Below, piece after piece: positions 9,771-20,401 of a DNA stretch of 64,000 nucleotides. The stretch comes from an uncultured cyanobacterium (GTDB lineage: Bacteria > Cyanobacteriota > Cyanobacteriia > Phormidesmidales > Phormidesmidaceae). The stretch covers positions 1,536,001 to 1,600,000 of the forward strand of contig CAWBZI010000001.1 of NCBI GenBank assembly GCA_963793265.1, given 5' to 3'. Both the position numbers and the translations under genes were made by a program. Position 1 is the stretch's first letter. The number at the start of each line of letters is the position of its first letter. The notes under the pieces were generated by a model. The model did not search any database. It saw only the letters and a list, made by a program, of their open reading frames with translations, and had not been told where the DNA came from.

Positions 9771-10706
9771 ATGAGTTTTGAACAAAGCCGACTCCGCTCA
9801 GACATCGTAGGCACCCAGGTAATCACTCGCAGTACAGGCCGTCGCCTGGGCATTGTGAGCCAGCTCTGGGTCGATCTTGACCGTCTAGAAGTGTTGGCCA
9901 TTGGCTTACAAGAAAACATTCTTTCTAAGGTGATTGCCAGCAACGAAAGGGTCATGCTCCTCAGCGACATTCGGCAGATGGGTGACGTGCTGCTAGTTGA
10001 TGACGACACCGTGCTAGATGGCGATATCAATACCGCTGGATTTAGCAGCATTATCAACAGCGAAGTTATCACCGAATCAGGCGAAGTACTAGGCAAAGCG
10101 CGCGGCTTTAAGTTTGATGTGATCACTGGCAAGCTCGAAACAATCGTGGTGGCCTCAATAGGTCTGCCGCAGATTCCTGACCAGATTGTGAGCACCTACG
10201 AGCTACCCATAGAAGAAATTGTCAGTACTGGCCCCGATCGCATCATTGTGTTTGAAGGCAGTGAAGAAAAGCTCGTGCAGCTCAGCATGGGCCTGCTAGA
10301 GCGGTTAGGACTGGGCAGTGCGCCATGGGATCGCGGGCTCAGTGATGGCTACGTGATGCCGACTTCAGCTTCTAACCAACTGCCTTCTGGCATGAGAAAT
10401 GAGGGTCGACCCGAAAATCGCAGCAGTCGGCCTATGGAAGAGGAGCGCTGGCGTGAAGAAGCGCCGCCACAGAGCAGAGAGCAGCGCAGACCACCGCAAG
10501 AAGCCTATCGCGAGCCGCCACCAGCGGCCCCCAGACGTGAACAAAGACCACCTGTACCGCCCGTTGTTGATGTGCCAGTAGATGACGATATTACCGGCGA
10601 CGTTTGGGACGATGGAGAGAAGCAAGAGGAGCTAATTGAGAATAAGCAGCCTTTGAATATTCCGAAGAAAAAGGTGATGGAATACGAAGAGGAAACGGAC
10701 TATTAG
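9771..10706 (+). CDS. PRC-barrel domain protein
   Basis: Two PRC-barrel-like repeats (GTQVITRSTGRRLG; EVITESGEVLGK) and an acidic/Pro-rich tail. Common neighbour of smc in cyanobacteria. Confidence 0.85.
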   Translation: MSFEQSRLRSDIVGTQVITRSTGRRLGIVSQLWVDLDRLEVLAIGLQENILSKVIASNERVMLLSDIRQMGDVLLVDDDTVLDGDINTAGFSSIINSEVITESGEVLGKARGFKFDVITGKLETIVVASIGLPQIPDQIVSTYELPIEEIVSTGPDRIIVFEGSEEKLVQLSMGLLERLGLGSAPWDRGLSDGYVMPTSASNQLPSGMRNEGRPENRSSRPMEEERWREEAPPQSREQRRPPQEAYREPPPAAPRREQRPPVPPVVDVPVDDDITGDVWDDGEKQEELIENKQPLNIPKKKVMEYEEETDY

Positions 10707-10785
10707 TAGACGACTGCGCCTAACCACGTCTATTGTTTTATAAATTACTCGCGACTCTATTTCCGCGTAGGCGCAAAGGTGGCAA

Positions 10786-11535
10786 ATGGTTGTGGCTGAA
10801 CACGAAACCCTCAATACGCTATCCGTGATGGGCTTGCCGGTTCATCACAGTCATAACTATGTGGGCTGGCTCAATCGCAGGCTGGCTAATCATAAGGGCA
10901 CACATGTCGTCACGCTCAACGCTGAGATGTGTATGCAGGCCCAAGAAAATTCGCAGCTACACAGCTTTATTGACAATGCTGATCTGGTGGCCCCTGACGG
11001 CTCGGGCATTGAGCTATATTTTCGCCTGCTGGGCAAGCAGCCGATGCGCCGGTACCCAGGCATTGAGCTGGCGGCTGACTTATTGCAGAGCTTAGGCCCA
11101 CATACGAAAGTGGCTTTTTATGGCGGTAAGCCTGAAGTGGTGGCCGCAGCAGCGGACTATTGGCGGAGGCGATCGCCCCACATAAACCTAGCTATTGTCC
11201 AAGACGGCTACGCATCCGGCGTAGCGCTCGACGACTTCATCAACCAGCTTGAACAAGTGCAGCCCGATCTGATCTGCGTCGGCCTCGGCGTACCGCGCCA
11301 GGAATTTTGGATCGCTCAGCATCGCCGCCTTTGCCCCAACGCAGTATGGATCGGCGTCGGCGGTAGCTATGACATTTGGTCAGGCACCAAAACACGTGCG
11401 CCACAGTGGATGCAAAACGCTCATTTGGAATGGCTTTACCGGCTTTATCAAGAGCCCTGGCGCTGGCGCAGAATGCTCGCACTGCCGCATTTTGTCTGGG
11501 CATCTTTTTGGTATCGATTGCGTCATCAACAATAG
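10786..11535 (+). CDS. WecB/TagA/CpsF family glycosyltransferase
   Basis: VVTLNAE, PDGSG, VGLGVPRQE, GVGGSYD, RAP and EWLYRL..EPWRWRR. Confidence 0.93.
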   Translation: MVVAEHETLNTLSVMGLPVHHSHNYVGWLNRRLANHKGTHVVTLNAEMCMQAQENSQLHSFIDNADLVAPDGSGIELYFRLLGKQPMRRYPGIELAADLLQSLGPHTKVAFYGGKPEVVAAAADYWRRRSPHINLAIVQDGYASGVALDDFINQLEQVQPDLICVGLGVPRQEFWIAQHRRLCPNAVWIGVGGSYDIWSGTKTRAPQWMQNAHLEWLYRLYQEPWRWRRMLALPHFVWASFWYRLRHQQ

Positions 11536-11601
11536 TTTGTACGATACTTCTTACGACTTTCTCCAAATCAGGGACTTCTTAGACTTAAGGGCAGGGCATA
11601 G

Positions 11602-12453
11602 ATGAAGCGGCGGTGGTTTTTAGCGGGGATGGCACTCTCAGCAGTCGGTGCTGGCTGTCAGGCCAACGGCAGCAGCGTTGCTGACACTGAAGATGCAGGA
11701 GGCTTGAAGGTTACTCGCAATAGCAAAACCTTAGTCGTCGCCACTTCAGCGAACTATCCGCCCTACGAGCATCTGGTTGAAGGCACTTCTAGCGCTATAA
11801 GGGCAGAAGAGGCAGAGGATTCAGAAGCCGCCGCGATAGAGAACGAAAACGGGCAGAAGATTGTTGGCTTTGATATTGATTTAGCGCAGCTATTGGCCCA
11901 GCGACTAGACCGTAAGCTCTCTGTTGTAGATCTTGAGTTTGGGGCGTTGATTCCCTCGCTGGTGAACGATGAAGTTGATATGGCGATCGCAGCCCTAGAG
12001 CCCAATCGCACCCGCAAACAAAAAGTTGACTTCTCTAACATCTACTACCGCTCCCGCCAGGCGCTCATCTCAATAGAAGGCTACATGCGCCCTGCTGATC
12101 TCAACTATCAAACCATCGGCATTCGCGAAGGCAGCGTTCAGGCTCGCTACACCAACCGCATCAGCACCGACTATCCAGACTTGGACGTGATTACCTTCGA
12201 CTCCATACAAGAGGTGTTTGAAGCGCTTGATATTGGCACCGTCGAGGGCGTTATTTTAGAAGCCAACGTTGCCAAGGACTACCTGCGTCGATATACAGAC
12301 TTTGAAGCGCGTATGATGCCTAGCGATCAGCCATCAGGCAGTGCGATCGCCTTCCCCAAAAACTCACCACTACGCCGCGAAATCAACGCCGCGCTCTCCG
12401 AAATCAAGGCCAACGGAGAAATGAACAAGCTCATCGAAAAATGGTTTAGCTAA
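11602..12453 (+). CDS. Polar amino acid ABC transporter substrate-binding lipoprotein
   Basis: RR-containing signal with AGC lipobox; ATSANYPPYE, VGFDIDLA and VDFSNIYY. Confidence 0.85.
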   Translation: MKRRWFLAGMALSAVGAGCQANGSSVADTEDAGGLKVTRNSKTLVVATSANYPPYEHLVEGTSSAIRAEEAEDSEAAAIENENGQKIVGFDIDLAQLLAQRLDRKLSVVDLEFGALIPSLVNDEVDMAIAALEPNRTRKQKVDFSNIYYRSRQALISIEGYMRPADLNYQTIGIREGSVQARYTNRISTDYPDLDVITFDSIQEVFEALDIGTVEGVILEANVAKDYLRRYTDFEARMMPSDQPSGSAIAFPKNSPLRREINAALSEIKANGEMNKLIEKWFS

Positions 12454-12578
12454 ACTCTCACATGAGAAAGGCTAAGCCACCTTTCTTACGCGGCCAACCA
12501 TCAACTCTGGCTGATGAACGGGAATATTGAATCTGGCGCATCGTCCGTTGGCCTCAAGTTTTCCTCGTCACACCTGCC

Positions 12579-13445
12579 ATGATTTCTATTCTTTCGCGCA
12601 AGCCTAAAGCCGCAGCCGCTCCTTTAGCCCAGCCGCAGGTCACTGCCCGCCTCCGTCAGCCCCAAGCTCAGCCGCTATCCAATCCACCCCTAGCCGGTCA
12701 GCCCTTACCCGATCAGCTACGCGCAGATGCCAAAGACCACGTAGCCGCAGTCGCTAATGAGGCCAGCGCCCCTGCCGCCACACCCATCATCGCGCTTAAC
12801 CGGGTCACCAAAACTTACAACAACGGTGCGCCTGCTCTGATCGACATCAGTCTTGCGCTCAACAAAGGCGATTTCCTCTTTATCACTGGCCCCTCCGGCG
12901 CAGGTAAATCAACCCTGCTCAAAATGCTCTACGGCCAAGAGAAGCCCACTACTGGCAGCCTCCATATCAACGGCCAAGACATTGCTCCACTTAAAGGCAA
13001 CCGCCTGGCTATGCTCCGCCGCCGTATTGGCGTCGTTTTTCAAGACTACAAGCTTATTCCCACTCGCACCGTTGCCGAAAACGTTGCTTTTGTCCTCCAT
13101 GCGCAGGGGTACAGCCGTAAAGAGATTAATCGCCGTCTGCCGGTTACGCTCAAGATGGTGGGATTGCAAGATAAGGGCGATCGCTTCCCCTCCCAGCTCT
13201 CAGGCGGGGAACAGCAAAGGGCCAGCATTGCCCGCGCCATCGTCGGCACCCCGCCTTTGCTCTTAGCTGATGAGCCCACTGGCAACTTAGATAGTGACAA
13301 TGCGCGTCAGGTCATCAACATTTTGCGCAGACTCAACAGCATGGGAATTACAGTAGTTGTGACCACACACGATGAAGGTATGGTACGCAGTCTTAACTAC
13401 CCAGTTGTTCAAATTCGCGGTCACCGACTGTACAACTTCCGATAA
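12579..13445 (+). CDS. ftsE: Cell division ATP-binding protein FtsE
   Basis: [31 protein letters not shown] and ADEPTGNLD. Pro/Gln-rich N-terminal extension. Confidence 0.85.
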   Translation: MISILSRKPKAAAAPLAQPQVTARLRQPQAQPLSNPPLAGQPLPDQLRADAKDHVAAVANEASAPAATPIIALNRVTKTYNNGAPALIDISLALNKGDFLFITGPSGAGKSTLLKMLYGQEKPTTGSLHINGQDIAPLKGNRLAMLRRRIGVVFQDYKLIPTRTVAENVAFVLHAQGYSRKEINRRLPVTLKMVGLQDKGDRFPSQLSGGEQQRASIARAIVGTPPLLLADEPTGNLDSDNARQVINILRRLNSMGITVVVTTHDEGMVRSLNYPVVQIRGHRLYNFR

Positions 13446-13539
13446 AAAGATCTGCCTGGATTGCAAAGAGAACCTGTAGAAACAGCCAAGTTAAAGGAGC
13501 GCCTGTACGATATCGAAAACAGTTCCTAAAGGTTTGCTA

Positions 13540-13941
13540 ATGGCTGAGCTGATAAATGCTGAGGCGATTAATTTAGAGCAAAAGTTCGCGAAGTTTTTTG
13601 ACTACTGGTCGCCCAAAGTCATTGCTGAAATGAATGACTATCAGCTAAAGCTGGTGAAGTTTCAGGGCGATTTTGTTTGGCACAGCCACCCCGATACCGA
13701 TGAGGTATTTCTGGTGACTAAAGGCGCGATGGAGATTGAGTTTCGCGATGGCGAAGCCTCTCCAGGGGAGAATCGCACCGTCACCGTTGCTGAAGGAGAG
13801 ATGTATGTCATTCCTAAAGGCTTAGAGCACTGCACCCGCGCCAAGAACGAGTGTCAGGCAATGCTGATTGAGCCACGCGGCGTTGTGAACGCGGGCGAAG
13901 CAGAAGGTGAGCTGACTGCGGCTAATGACGTGTGGATTTAG
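13540..13941 (+). CDS. Cupin domain protein
   Basis: YWSPKVIAEMN, GDFVWHSHPDTDEVF and PKGLEH. Confidence 0.85.
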   Translation: MAELINAEAINLEQKFAKFFDYWSPKVIAEMNDYQLKLVKFQGDFVWHSHPDTDEVFLVTKGAMEIEFRDGEASPGENRTVTVAEGEMYVIPKGLEHCTRAKNECQAMLIEPRGVVNAGEAEGELTAANDVWI

Positions 13942-13965
13942 GGGAACGAGTGCTATCAGGCAAGC

Positions 13966-13988
13966 TAACATTAGTTCAAACGCGAACT
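13966..13988 (+). promoter_or_regulatory. Putative -10 element (TAACAT) with an adjacent palindromic operator AGTTC-N6-GAACT
   Basis: Directly upstream of the RHH-like gene at 14001. Confidence 0.35.
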
Positions 13989-14000
13989 TTGTGAGAAAAA

Positions 14001-14222
14001 TTGAAAGTGGTTCAAGTAGAGATTGAGTTACCCAAAAAGCTTGCCGAACAACTTGATACATATCTTTCTAACAACCCAAGCGATAATATGGCTGCGATAG
14101 TGAAAGAAGCCCTTCGCATCAGGGAGTTTCCCAAAGATGGCCGCAAGATTCTAGAACTGGCTGGCGTTGTAAAAGAGGCTTCTCGGGGTGCAGCGGAACA
14201 CGCAGAAGACTTTTTAGGGTAA
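14001..14222 (+). CDS. Small ribbon-helix-helix (CopG-like) antitoxin-like protein
   Basis: N-terminal beta strand VQVEIELP followed by two helices (KKLAEQLDTYL, MAAIVKEAL) and a tail ILELAGVV. Confidence 0.6.
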   Translation: MKVVQVEIELPKKLAEQLDTYLSNNPSDNMAAIVKEALRIREFPKDGRKILELAGVVKEASRGAAEHAEDFLG

Positions 14223-14286
14223 ACCAAACTGTGCCTAAGTCAATAGATGAACGTCTAATTCAAACACCCACACTTGGAGAAAATCA

Positions 14287-14490
14287 ATGAAATTAAAAAT
14301 TGTCGTTCACGAAGCAGAAGAGGGTGGCTATTGGGCAGAGGTTCCTGCTATTCCAGGTTGTGCTACTCAAGGAGATAGCTTCGAGGAACTTCTTAACAAC
14401 CTATATGAGGCTATTGAGGGATGTCTAGCGGTAGACGTTGCAACCCTCGAAACAAATGAGACTAGCCGAGTGATGGAAATCGCTGTATGA
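14287..14490 (+). CDS. hicB: HicB family antitoxin (short form, no DNA-binding domain)
   Basis: EEGGYWAEVPAIPGCATQGDSFEELL.NL.EAI; GGAG ribosome-binding site. Confidence 0.92.
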   Translation: MKLKIVVHEAEEGGYWAEVPAIPGCATQGDSFEELLNNLYEAIEGCLAVDVATLETNETSRVMEIAV

Positions 14491-14693
14491 AGTCGATTTC
14501 CGGGAAAAAGTTTAGTAAGTTACTAGAGCGTAAAGGATGGCAGCTTGCGCGTATCCAAGGAAGCCACCACATCTACTGGAAGCCTGGAAATACAACGCGA
14601 ATTTCTGTACCCGTTCACGGAAACAAGGACATAAGAATAGGCTTGCTTCGCTATCTAATGAAACAAGCTGGAATTCAAGAAAGCGAACTCTAG
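14487..14693 (+). CDS. hicA: HicA family mRNA interferase toxin
   Basis: LERKGW..RIQGSHH...[22 protein letters not shown] overlap with hicB. Confidence 0.92.
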   Translation: MKSISGKKFSKLLERKGWQLARIQGSHHIYWKPGNTTRISVPVHGNKDIRIGLLRYLMKQAGIQESEL

Positions 14694-15643
14694 CCTTCCT
14701 CGTCGCCAACGATAGACTTCATGCTTTCGAGCGCACCAGGAATGCTGCGCGGGTCAAGAAACATAACTTTGCTACTATCGCTCTCACCAATTTTGCTACT
14801 CATAGCAACGTACTCCTGCGCCAAAATGAACTGAAGCGCCTCGCGAGCGTTAGGATCGTGCTTAATCTTTTTAGCCAGCACGTCTACCGCTTCAGCCGTA
14901 GCCTGCGCCTGCAATACCCTTTCCTGCCTTTGAGCCTGAGCGCGTAGCACAATCGTCTTCTGGTCAGCCTGCGCGTCTAAAATAGCCGACTTTTGCCGGG
15001 CCTCAGCATCTAAAACCACCGACTCAGCCCGACCCCGCGCTGAGTTAATCGCAGAGTCGCGTTCACCTTCAGAGGTCAGCACATCGGCCCTTTTCTGCCG
15101 CTCAGCCGTCATCTGCAATTCCATCGAATCCTGCACCGCTTTAGAAGGTGAAATATCACGTAGCTCTACGCGAGTGACTTTTACACCCCAAGGATCGGTA
15201 GAGATGTCTAGCTCTCGCAGCAGCAGTTCGTTAATGTCAGCGCGAGCGGTAAAAGTTTCGTCAAGCTCTAGCTGGCCCATTTCTGAGCGAATTTGGGTGA
15301 GCACCATGTTCACCATCGCCGCCTGAAGGTCTTCAACCTTGTAATAGGCTTTTTCCATATCGACGATGCGCCAGTACACGACCGCATCGACGCTGATAGA
15401 AACGTTGTCGCGGGTGATGCACTGCTGGGGCGGTACGTCGAGCACTTTTTCGCGCACGGTTTGCTTGTACACCACCCGATCGACAAAGGGCACGGTGTAG
15501 TTGAGGCCGGGCTTGAGCTTTTTACCGTTGTAGCGCCCGAGCGTTTCAACTAAGGCTTCATCGCCTTGATTGACGATGCGGATAGATTTGGAGGCGACGG
15601 TGCCGCCAAGAGCTAGAACGATTAGCCAGACAATAGGGTTCAT
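14690..15643 (-). CDS. SPFH/stomatin (band 7) protein
   Basis: N-terminal TM helix, [13 protein letters not shown] and [13 protein letters not shown]. Confidence 0.93.
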   Translation of the reverse strand: MNPIVWLIVLALGGTVASKSIRIVNQGDEALVETLGRYNGKKLKPGLNYTVPFVDRVVYKQTVREKVLDVPPQQCITRDNVSISVDAVVYWRIVDMEKAYYKVEDLQAAMVNMVLTQIRSEMGQLELDETFTARADINELLLRELDISTDPWGVKVTRVELRDISPSKAVQDSMELQMTAERQKRADVLTSEGERDSAINSARGRAESVVLDAEARQKSAILDAQADQKTIVLRAQAQRQERVLQAQATAEAVDVLAKKIKHDPNAREALQFILAQEYVAMSSKIGESDSSKVMFLDPRSIPGALESMKSIVGDEEG

Positions 15644-15681
15644 AGAACAGCGTGTTTACTGGAATGCTTGGTTGGGTTGCT

Positions 15682-16104
15682 TTACTGAAAGGTGCTAAGC
15701 GGAATCACGATCAGCGTGTTGCCTTTACGCTCGACGACAAAAACTTCTTGATTAGGCGGAATTGAAACCTGATCGTCGTTGCATTTGGCCTGCCAGGAGT
15801 TGCCTTCGTAGATGACCCGGCCCACCTGACCAGGGGCGATCGCTGTCGTTGTCCGCGCCTCCGTCGCCTCTTGCAAAGCAGGCGCAGTCCGATTAGGAAT
15901 AAACCGCTTCAGCGCCCAAAACATCAGCCCCGAAATCACCACCCACAGCAAAATTTGGTAGTTAGGACTCGGGACAACGAAGGTAAGCAGGGCGACGACA
16001 AAGGCACTCAGCCCCAGCGCCGACTCTAAAAAAGCCGTGGGGATCAGTAGCTCCATCAGGCAGAGCACAACGCCGACGATCACCCATATTAAGGCAGGAG
16101 ACAT
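15682..16104 (-). CDS. NfeD family protein
   Basis: Hydrophobic N-terminus and OB-fold GRVIYEGNSWQA...VERKGNTLIV; paired with the SPFH gene. Confidence 0.9.
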   Translation of the reverse strand: MSPALIWVIVGVVLCLMELLIPTAFLESALGLSAFVVALLTFVVPSPNYQILLWVVISGLMFWALKRFIPNRTAPALQEATEARTTTAIAPGQVGRVIYEGNSWQAKCNDDQVSIPPNQEVFVVERKGNTLIVIPLSTFQ

Positions 16105-16427
16105 AAACTGGCTGGGCCAAACGCCCAGAGTAGAAAGCAGAACATATTCAAACTACCTCACTGCATCCTAGAGCAAATAGTTTGACCATCCTTATGATCT
16201 TATCGCGCGTAGCTATAGCTAACTGAAGCCGCGATTAAACGACTCATATATTCGTACATTGGCGATCTATCCCTTTTCCCTTACCATTGTCCTAACTTAA
16301 CGGCAATACCCCCAGCCACCGAGGCCATTCTCCTTAAATCAGAGCATGTGCCCTCATAAAAAAGCTCCCCAAAAACTTCCCAAAAGCTCCTAATGTTTGA
16401 AGTACACCGCACCAGTACTCACCCCCT

Positions 16428-18362
16428 ATGAACGGCGATCAAAACAAATACCCTTTCAGACAATACGTCTGGGCATTAGGCCAGGGCACAAACAAAATTT
16501 CGATTGGCACTCTTGTCGACAATCGCTACGAAGTGGTGGCCCCTTCTATTTGGCAAGATACACAGCCTGAAAAGTCGCCCAAGGTGCCCGATAGCGTCCC
16601 TAATTTTGCGCTGCCCTACCTCAAAGCGTATCCCTACCAGCTCAATTTGCCAGGCGTGTATGGCATTTGCCACCAGGATTCAGGAGAGGCAGTGCTGCTA
16701 TTGAGCAATGTTCCGATTAACCGTCAGGGCCAGCTTGCGCCTGCGATCGCTAAAGCCTGGCCGCAAGCATCCGCCTTCTATCAGGTGTACTGGCTCTGGC
16801 AAATGATCAACCTGTGGGAGCCCATGCAAGCCTTTGGCGCTGCTGCGAGCCTGCTGAAAAAAAGTAATATCCGCATTGAGTCGTGGCGCATCCGCCTGAT
16901 TGGCCTTTCCACTAATCCAGCCGCACCGACCACCGCACAGCTAGCAGAGGTTTGGGAAACCACTTACTTGCCAGAGGCTAAGCCAAGTATCGCGCAGCTT
17001 ATTAAAGATGTTTGCCAGCAGCTACGGGCTCCAAACCTTGAGCTAGCTGACGTGCGATCGCTGGTGAACACGCAGCTTTTGAAAGAAGCCGCAGGCGAAA
17101 CTGTAGAGCTTCAGGTCGCTGGGGGTACCAGCAGTGGCCCGAGCAAATCTCGGAATGAGGATGCCTGCTATCCGAGCCAAACAGAGATGCAGCGGACGGG
17201 TGCGGCAGATTTGCCCTTGCTGCCGCGTTTGGCGATTGTGTGTGATGGCGTCGGTGGGCATGAGGGCGGTGAAGTGGCGAGCCAGATGGTGGTGCGATCG
17301 CTCCAACTTCAGCTCAGGGGCCTGCTGGCCGAAGCCATGGAGCAAAAGCAGCCTATCCCCACCTATGTCGTCGTCGAGCAAATAGAAGCTGCCATTCGCG
17401 TTGCGAACAACCTCATTGCCCAGCAAAACGACCAGCAAGGCCGCGCCGATCGTCAGCGCATGGGCACCACCTTAGTCATGGCGCTAGTACTCCCTCAGCA
17501 CGTAGATACCCCGGATGGCCCTGCTGAAGTTAACGAACTCTATCTCACCCACATCGGCGACAGCCGCGCCTATTGGATCACCACAGAACACTGCCAGCAG
17601 CTCACCGTAGACGACGATATCGCCGGTCGAGAGATCAGTGCAGGTCACAGCTTTTATGCCACAGCCATTCAGCGCCGAGACGCCACCGCGCTCAGTCAGG
17701 CGGTCGGCGTTCGCGAGTTCGAGCAGCTGAAACCCCACACGCAGCGATTTTTGTTCACCACCAGCGGCGTTTTGCTGCTGTGCTCCGACGGCCTCAGCGA
17801 CAATCAGCAGGTAGAAGCCTCATGGGCTAACTACGTTGGGCTCATCGTGAAAAAGATTGTGTCTTTAGAGGCCGCTGTAGACTCCTGGATAGAGCTGGCA
17901 AATCAAAAGAACGGACACGATAACGTCGCTGTCGCCTTGATGAGCGTGGATATGCCAAACGAGGCAGAATTGCTGCCAATAGGCGCGACGAGTGGATCGC
18001 AAGGAGCCGCAGGAGAATCAAACGCGCTTGCCCGCAGCGTCGCGCTACCCGTGCCGCCAGGTCGAACCGCTCAGCGCGACGATCAAGCTGCCCAAACCAC
18101 AGACCAGATGACAGCCGCTTCTAGAGCGCTGCTGTATGGCGAAGATGATGACGATGATACGCCGCTAACCGATGAGGAGAGAGCAGCCATCGAAAACGAG
18201 GGTGAAACCGCCGGACGCTCTGCGGGTCAGAAGCTTGTGACGATTGTCCTAGGGCTAGTCATTCTAGGCGTCGTTAGTGCCGTCGGCTGGCTGCTGTGGC
18301 GCAACTTTGAGCCGCAGCCGGTCGAACCGCTGCCGCCAGGGCAAGAAACGTCGGAGCTATGA
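16428..18362 (+). CDS. PP2C-family Ser/Thr protein phosphatase with C-terminal TM helix
   Basis: RNEDAC, VCDGVGGHEGGEVAS, MGTTL, HIGDSRAY, LCSDGL and GHDN. Confidence 0.92.
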   Translation: MNGDQNKYPFRQYVWALGQGTNKISIGTLVDNRYEVVAPSIWQDTQPEKSPKVPDSVPNFALPYLKAYPYQLNLPGVYGICHQDSGEAVLLLSNVPINRQGQLAPAIAKAWPQASAFYQVYWLWQMINLWEPMQAFGAAASLLKKSNIRIESWRIRLIGLSTNPAAPTTAQLAEVWETTYLPEAKPSIAQLIKDVCQQLRAPNLELADVRSLVNTQLLKEAAGETVELQVAGGTSSGPSKSRNEDACYPSQTEMQRTGAADLPLLPRLAIVCDGVGGHEGGEVASQMVVRSLQLQLRGLLAEAMEQKQPIPTYVVVEQIEAAIRVANNLIAQQNDQQGRADRQRMGTTLVMALVLPQHVDTPDGPAEVNELYLTHIGDSRAYWITTEHCQQLTVDDDIAGREISAGHSFYATAIQRRDATALSQAVGVREFEQLKPHTQRFLFTTSGVLLLCSDGLSDNQQVEASWANYVGLIVKKIVSLEAAVDSWIELANQKNGHDNVAVALMSVDMPNEAELLPIGATSGSQGAAGESNALARSVALPVPPGRTAQRDDQAAQTTDQMTAASRALLYGEDDDDDTPLTDEERAAIENEGETAGRSAGQKLVTIVLGLVILGVVSAVGWLLWRNFEPQPVEPLPPGQETSEL

Positions 18363-18413
18363 GAGAATAGATAATCAGTCATTTTGTAGCTTTAGTAACA
18401 TAATTTTTGTCTT

Positions 18414-18653
18414 ATGAAAGTTGGCGATCGCGTTCGTATCAAAGCCCCTCTAACGCTGTTCAACCATCCGCAGCACCGCAACGAGCCCTTCGATGTGCAG
18501 GGGATGGAAGGCACCATTGCCGATATTCTCACTGACTGGAAAGGCAGACCCATCAGCGCTAACTACCAGATCGTCACCGCCTTTGAAGTAGAAGGCGCTA
18601 AGCGACCTTTTAAAGCGCACTTACATGAAGATGAGCTAGAGCTAATTGAGTAG
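18414..18653 (+). CDS. ftrV: Ferredoxin-thioredoxin reductase variable chain
   Basis: MKVGDRVR...HPQHRNEPFD..GMEG...WKGRPISAN...FKAHL.EDEL. Confidence 0.92.
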   Translation: MKVGDRVRIKAPLTLFNHPQHRNEPFDVQGMEGTIADILTDWKGRPISANYQIVTAFEVEGAKRPFKAHLHEDELELIE

Positions 18654-18678
18654 GTGATTGGCATATACGCTCCCATCC

Positions 18679-19452
18679 CTAGCTCAATTGCTGAGTAGGC
18701 CGCACCAAAATGTCGTTGATTTCAACGTGAGCTGGCTGGCTCAGCGCATAGACCACCGTGTTTGCAATATCAACGGCCTGTAGCACTGGAAACTGACCGT
18801 AGGTATTTTGGGCCTTTTGCGCACTCTGGTGATACTTCTCTGCAAACTCAGTTTCTACAATGCCAGGGCTCACGGAAGTGATGCGAATGGGGCTTTTAGC
18901 CGCGCGAAGTTCACGGCGGAGGGTTTCGGTGAGCGATCGCACCGCAAACTTAGTGGCCGAATACACGCCCGTAATCTCAGGCACCCGATGCCCTGACATG
19001 GAGCTAACGTGCAGCACATGACCAGCCCCGCCTGTGATCGGATTATGGGTGTCATTGGTTTTCATCAGCGCGATCGCCTCACGCGTACAAATGCACAGCG
19101 CCAGCACATTCACCTCAAACATCTCCCGCCAAGCCTCAGTTTCACCACTCATCAACGACGCCTTATGACCTAGCCCAGCATTGTTTATGAGAGCATCCAG
19201 CCTGCCCCAGCGCGTTTTTACCGCCGCAAAGAAGCTCAGTATCTGGGCCTCATCTCGCAGATCTACAACTTGCGAAAGCACATTGATATCCTGACGACGA
19301 AGCCGTTCAGCGGCAGCTTCAAGCCGATCTTTGCGGCGAGCACAGATTGCTAAGTCGTAGCCTTCAGCGGCAAGGCGACGGGCGATCGCCAGCCCAATTC
19401 CACTCGAAGCCCCCGTGACAACAGCGATCGGTCTTTGGATAGAATTTGGCAT
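18679..19452 (-). CDS. SDR family oxidoreductase
   Basis: TGASSGIG, NNAG and YSATK. Confidence 0.93.
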   Translation of the reverse strand: MPNSIQRPIAVVTGASSGIGLAIARRLAAEGYDLAICARRKDRLEAAAERLRRQDINVLSQVVDLRDEAQILSFFAAVKTRWGRLDALINNAGLGHKASLMSGETEAWREMFEVNVLALCICTREAIALMKTNDTHNPITGGAGHVLHVSSMSGHRVPEITGVYSATKFAVRSLTETLRRELRAAKSPIRITSVSPGIVETEFAEKYHQSAQKAQNTYGQFPVLQAVDIANTVVYALSQPAHVEINDILVRPTQQLS

Positions 19453-19581
19453 CGTTACCTGAAGAATTTGTGTGTAATTTAAAGGTTAAGCGTGGATCGT
19501 TGGGGTGAGGATGATGTAGATTATATGAGAGGACTGTTACAACCTTTTAAGCATTACTAATTTTTTCTCAGAGGGCTCAAA

Positions 19582-19707
19582 ATGGATATTCGCGTCGTGT
19601 TGGTTCTATCACCTGTGCTCATCGCTGCAAGCTGGGCTGGGTTTAACATTTTCAGAGCGGCTTTAGGCCAGGTTCAAGATCTGCTCAACAAGAACAGCGC
19701 TACGTAG
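19582..19707 (+). CDS. psbY: Photosystem II protein PsbY (absent from the ORF track)
   Basis: Hand translation gives [41 protein letters not shown] (41 aa). GAGG RBS upstream and a terminator downstream. Confidence 0.9.
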   Translation: MDIRVVLVLSPVLIAASWAGFNIFRAALGQVQDLLNKNSAT

Positions 19708-19770
19708 GCCAGCCGGTCAGTCAGAATAAAGACCGAAGAAAAAGACCAAACATACAAAGCTGAATGGAAG

Positions 19771-19804
19771 AGGGCTGCTTCATAACCGAAGCGGCCCTTT
19801 TTTT
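19771..19804 (+). terminator. Rho-independent terminator after psbY
   Basis: AGGGCTGCTTC-ATAACC-GAAGCGGCCCT followed by a T-tract. Confidence 0.85.
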
Positions 19805-19819
19805 GCTTAATCCTGCGCC

Positions 19820-20401
19820 CTACATAGTCGGTGCTAGCGCCTTTAGCTCGGGCATAAGCTGCTCGAACGCAATGCCGCGATGGCTGTAACGCTCTTTCTC
19901 TTCTGGGCTCATTTCAGCAAACGTTTTCCTTTGCGTTTGCACATAAAAAATAGGATCGTAGCCAAAGCCACCCGCCCCCTGTCCTTCAGCAAGAATTGAA
20001 CCCGGACAGCGCCCTTCGGTTTCTAGGGCAATTGTGCCATCGGGCCTAGCAAGGGCGATCGCACACACAAATTCAGCTTGCCGATCGGTGGCTTCCCCTA
20101 GCTCTCTTAGCACCCGATTAATGCGATCGGCATCGCTGTTGCCATAGCGCGCTGAATAGACCCCTGGCGCGCCGTTCAAGGCTTTTACAGACAGACCAGA
20201 ATCGTCTGCGATCGCCCAGCTTTTTGTGGCGATCGCCACCTCAGACGCCTTCAGCCTGGCATTTTCAAGAAACGTTTTCCCTGTCTCTTCCACCTCTATC
20301 TCTTGAGGCTTTAGCGCCAAATCCCAGTCCAGCACTTGCAGGTAGTCTTTGAGTTCAGACAGCTTGCCCGGATTGCCCGTAGCGACGACGACAGTGACCA
20401 T
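19820..20401 (-). CDS. rdgB: RdgB/HAM1 non-canonical purine NTP pyrophosphatase
   Basis: ATGNPGK, ADDSGL, PGVYSARY, GFGYDPIF and SHRG. Confidence 0.95.
   Translation of the reverse strand: MVTVVVATGNPGKLSELKDYLQVLDWDLALKPQEIEVEETGKTFLENARLKASEVAIATKSWAIADDSGLSVKALNGAPGVYSARYGNSDADRINRVLRELGEATDRQAEFVCAIALARPDGTIALETEGRCPGSILAEGQGAGGFGYDPIFYVQTQRKTFAEMSPEEKERYSHRGIAFEQLMPELKALAPTM

Noticed and set aside
9509..10195. 228-aa minus-strand ORF and many similar antisense or overlapping ORFs (e.g. 36343-36834, 29506-29985, 27968-28342, 63387-63689)
   Set aside because: Shadow frames of well-supported genes, with no recognisable motifs.
16360..16391. Three ~11-bp AAAAGCTCCC-like units upstream of the PP2C gene
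   Set aside because: Short and degenerate; could be phased A-tracts but the signal is too weak.
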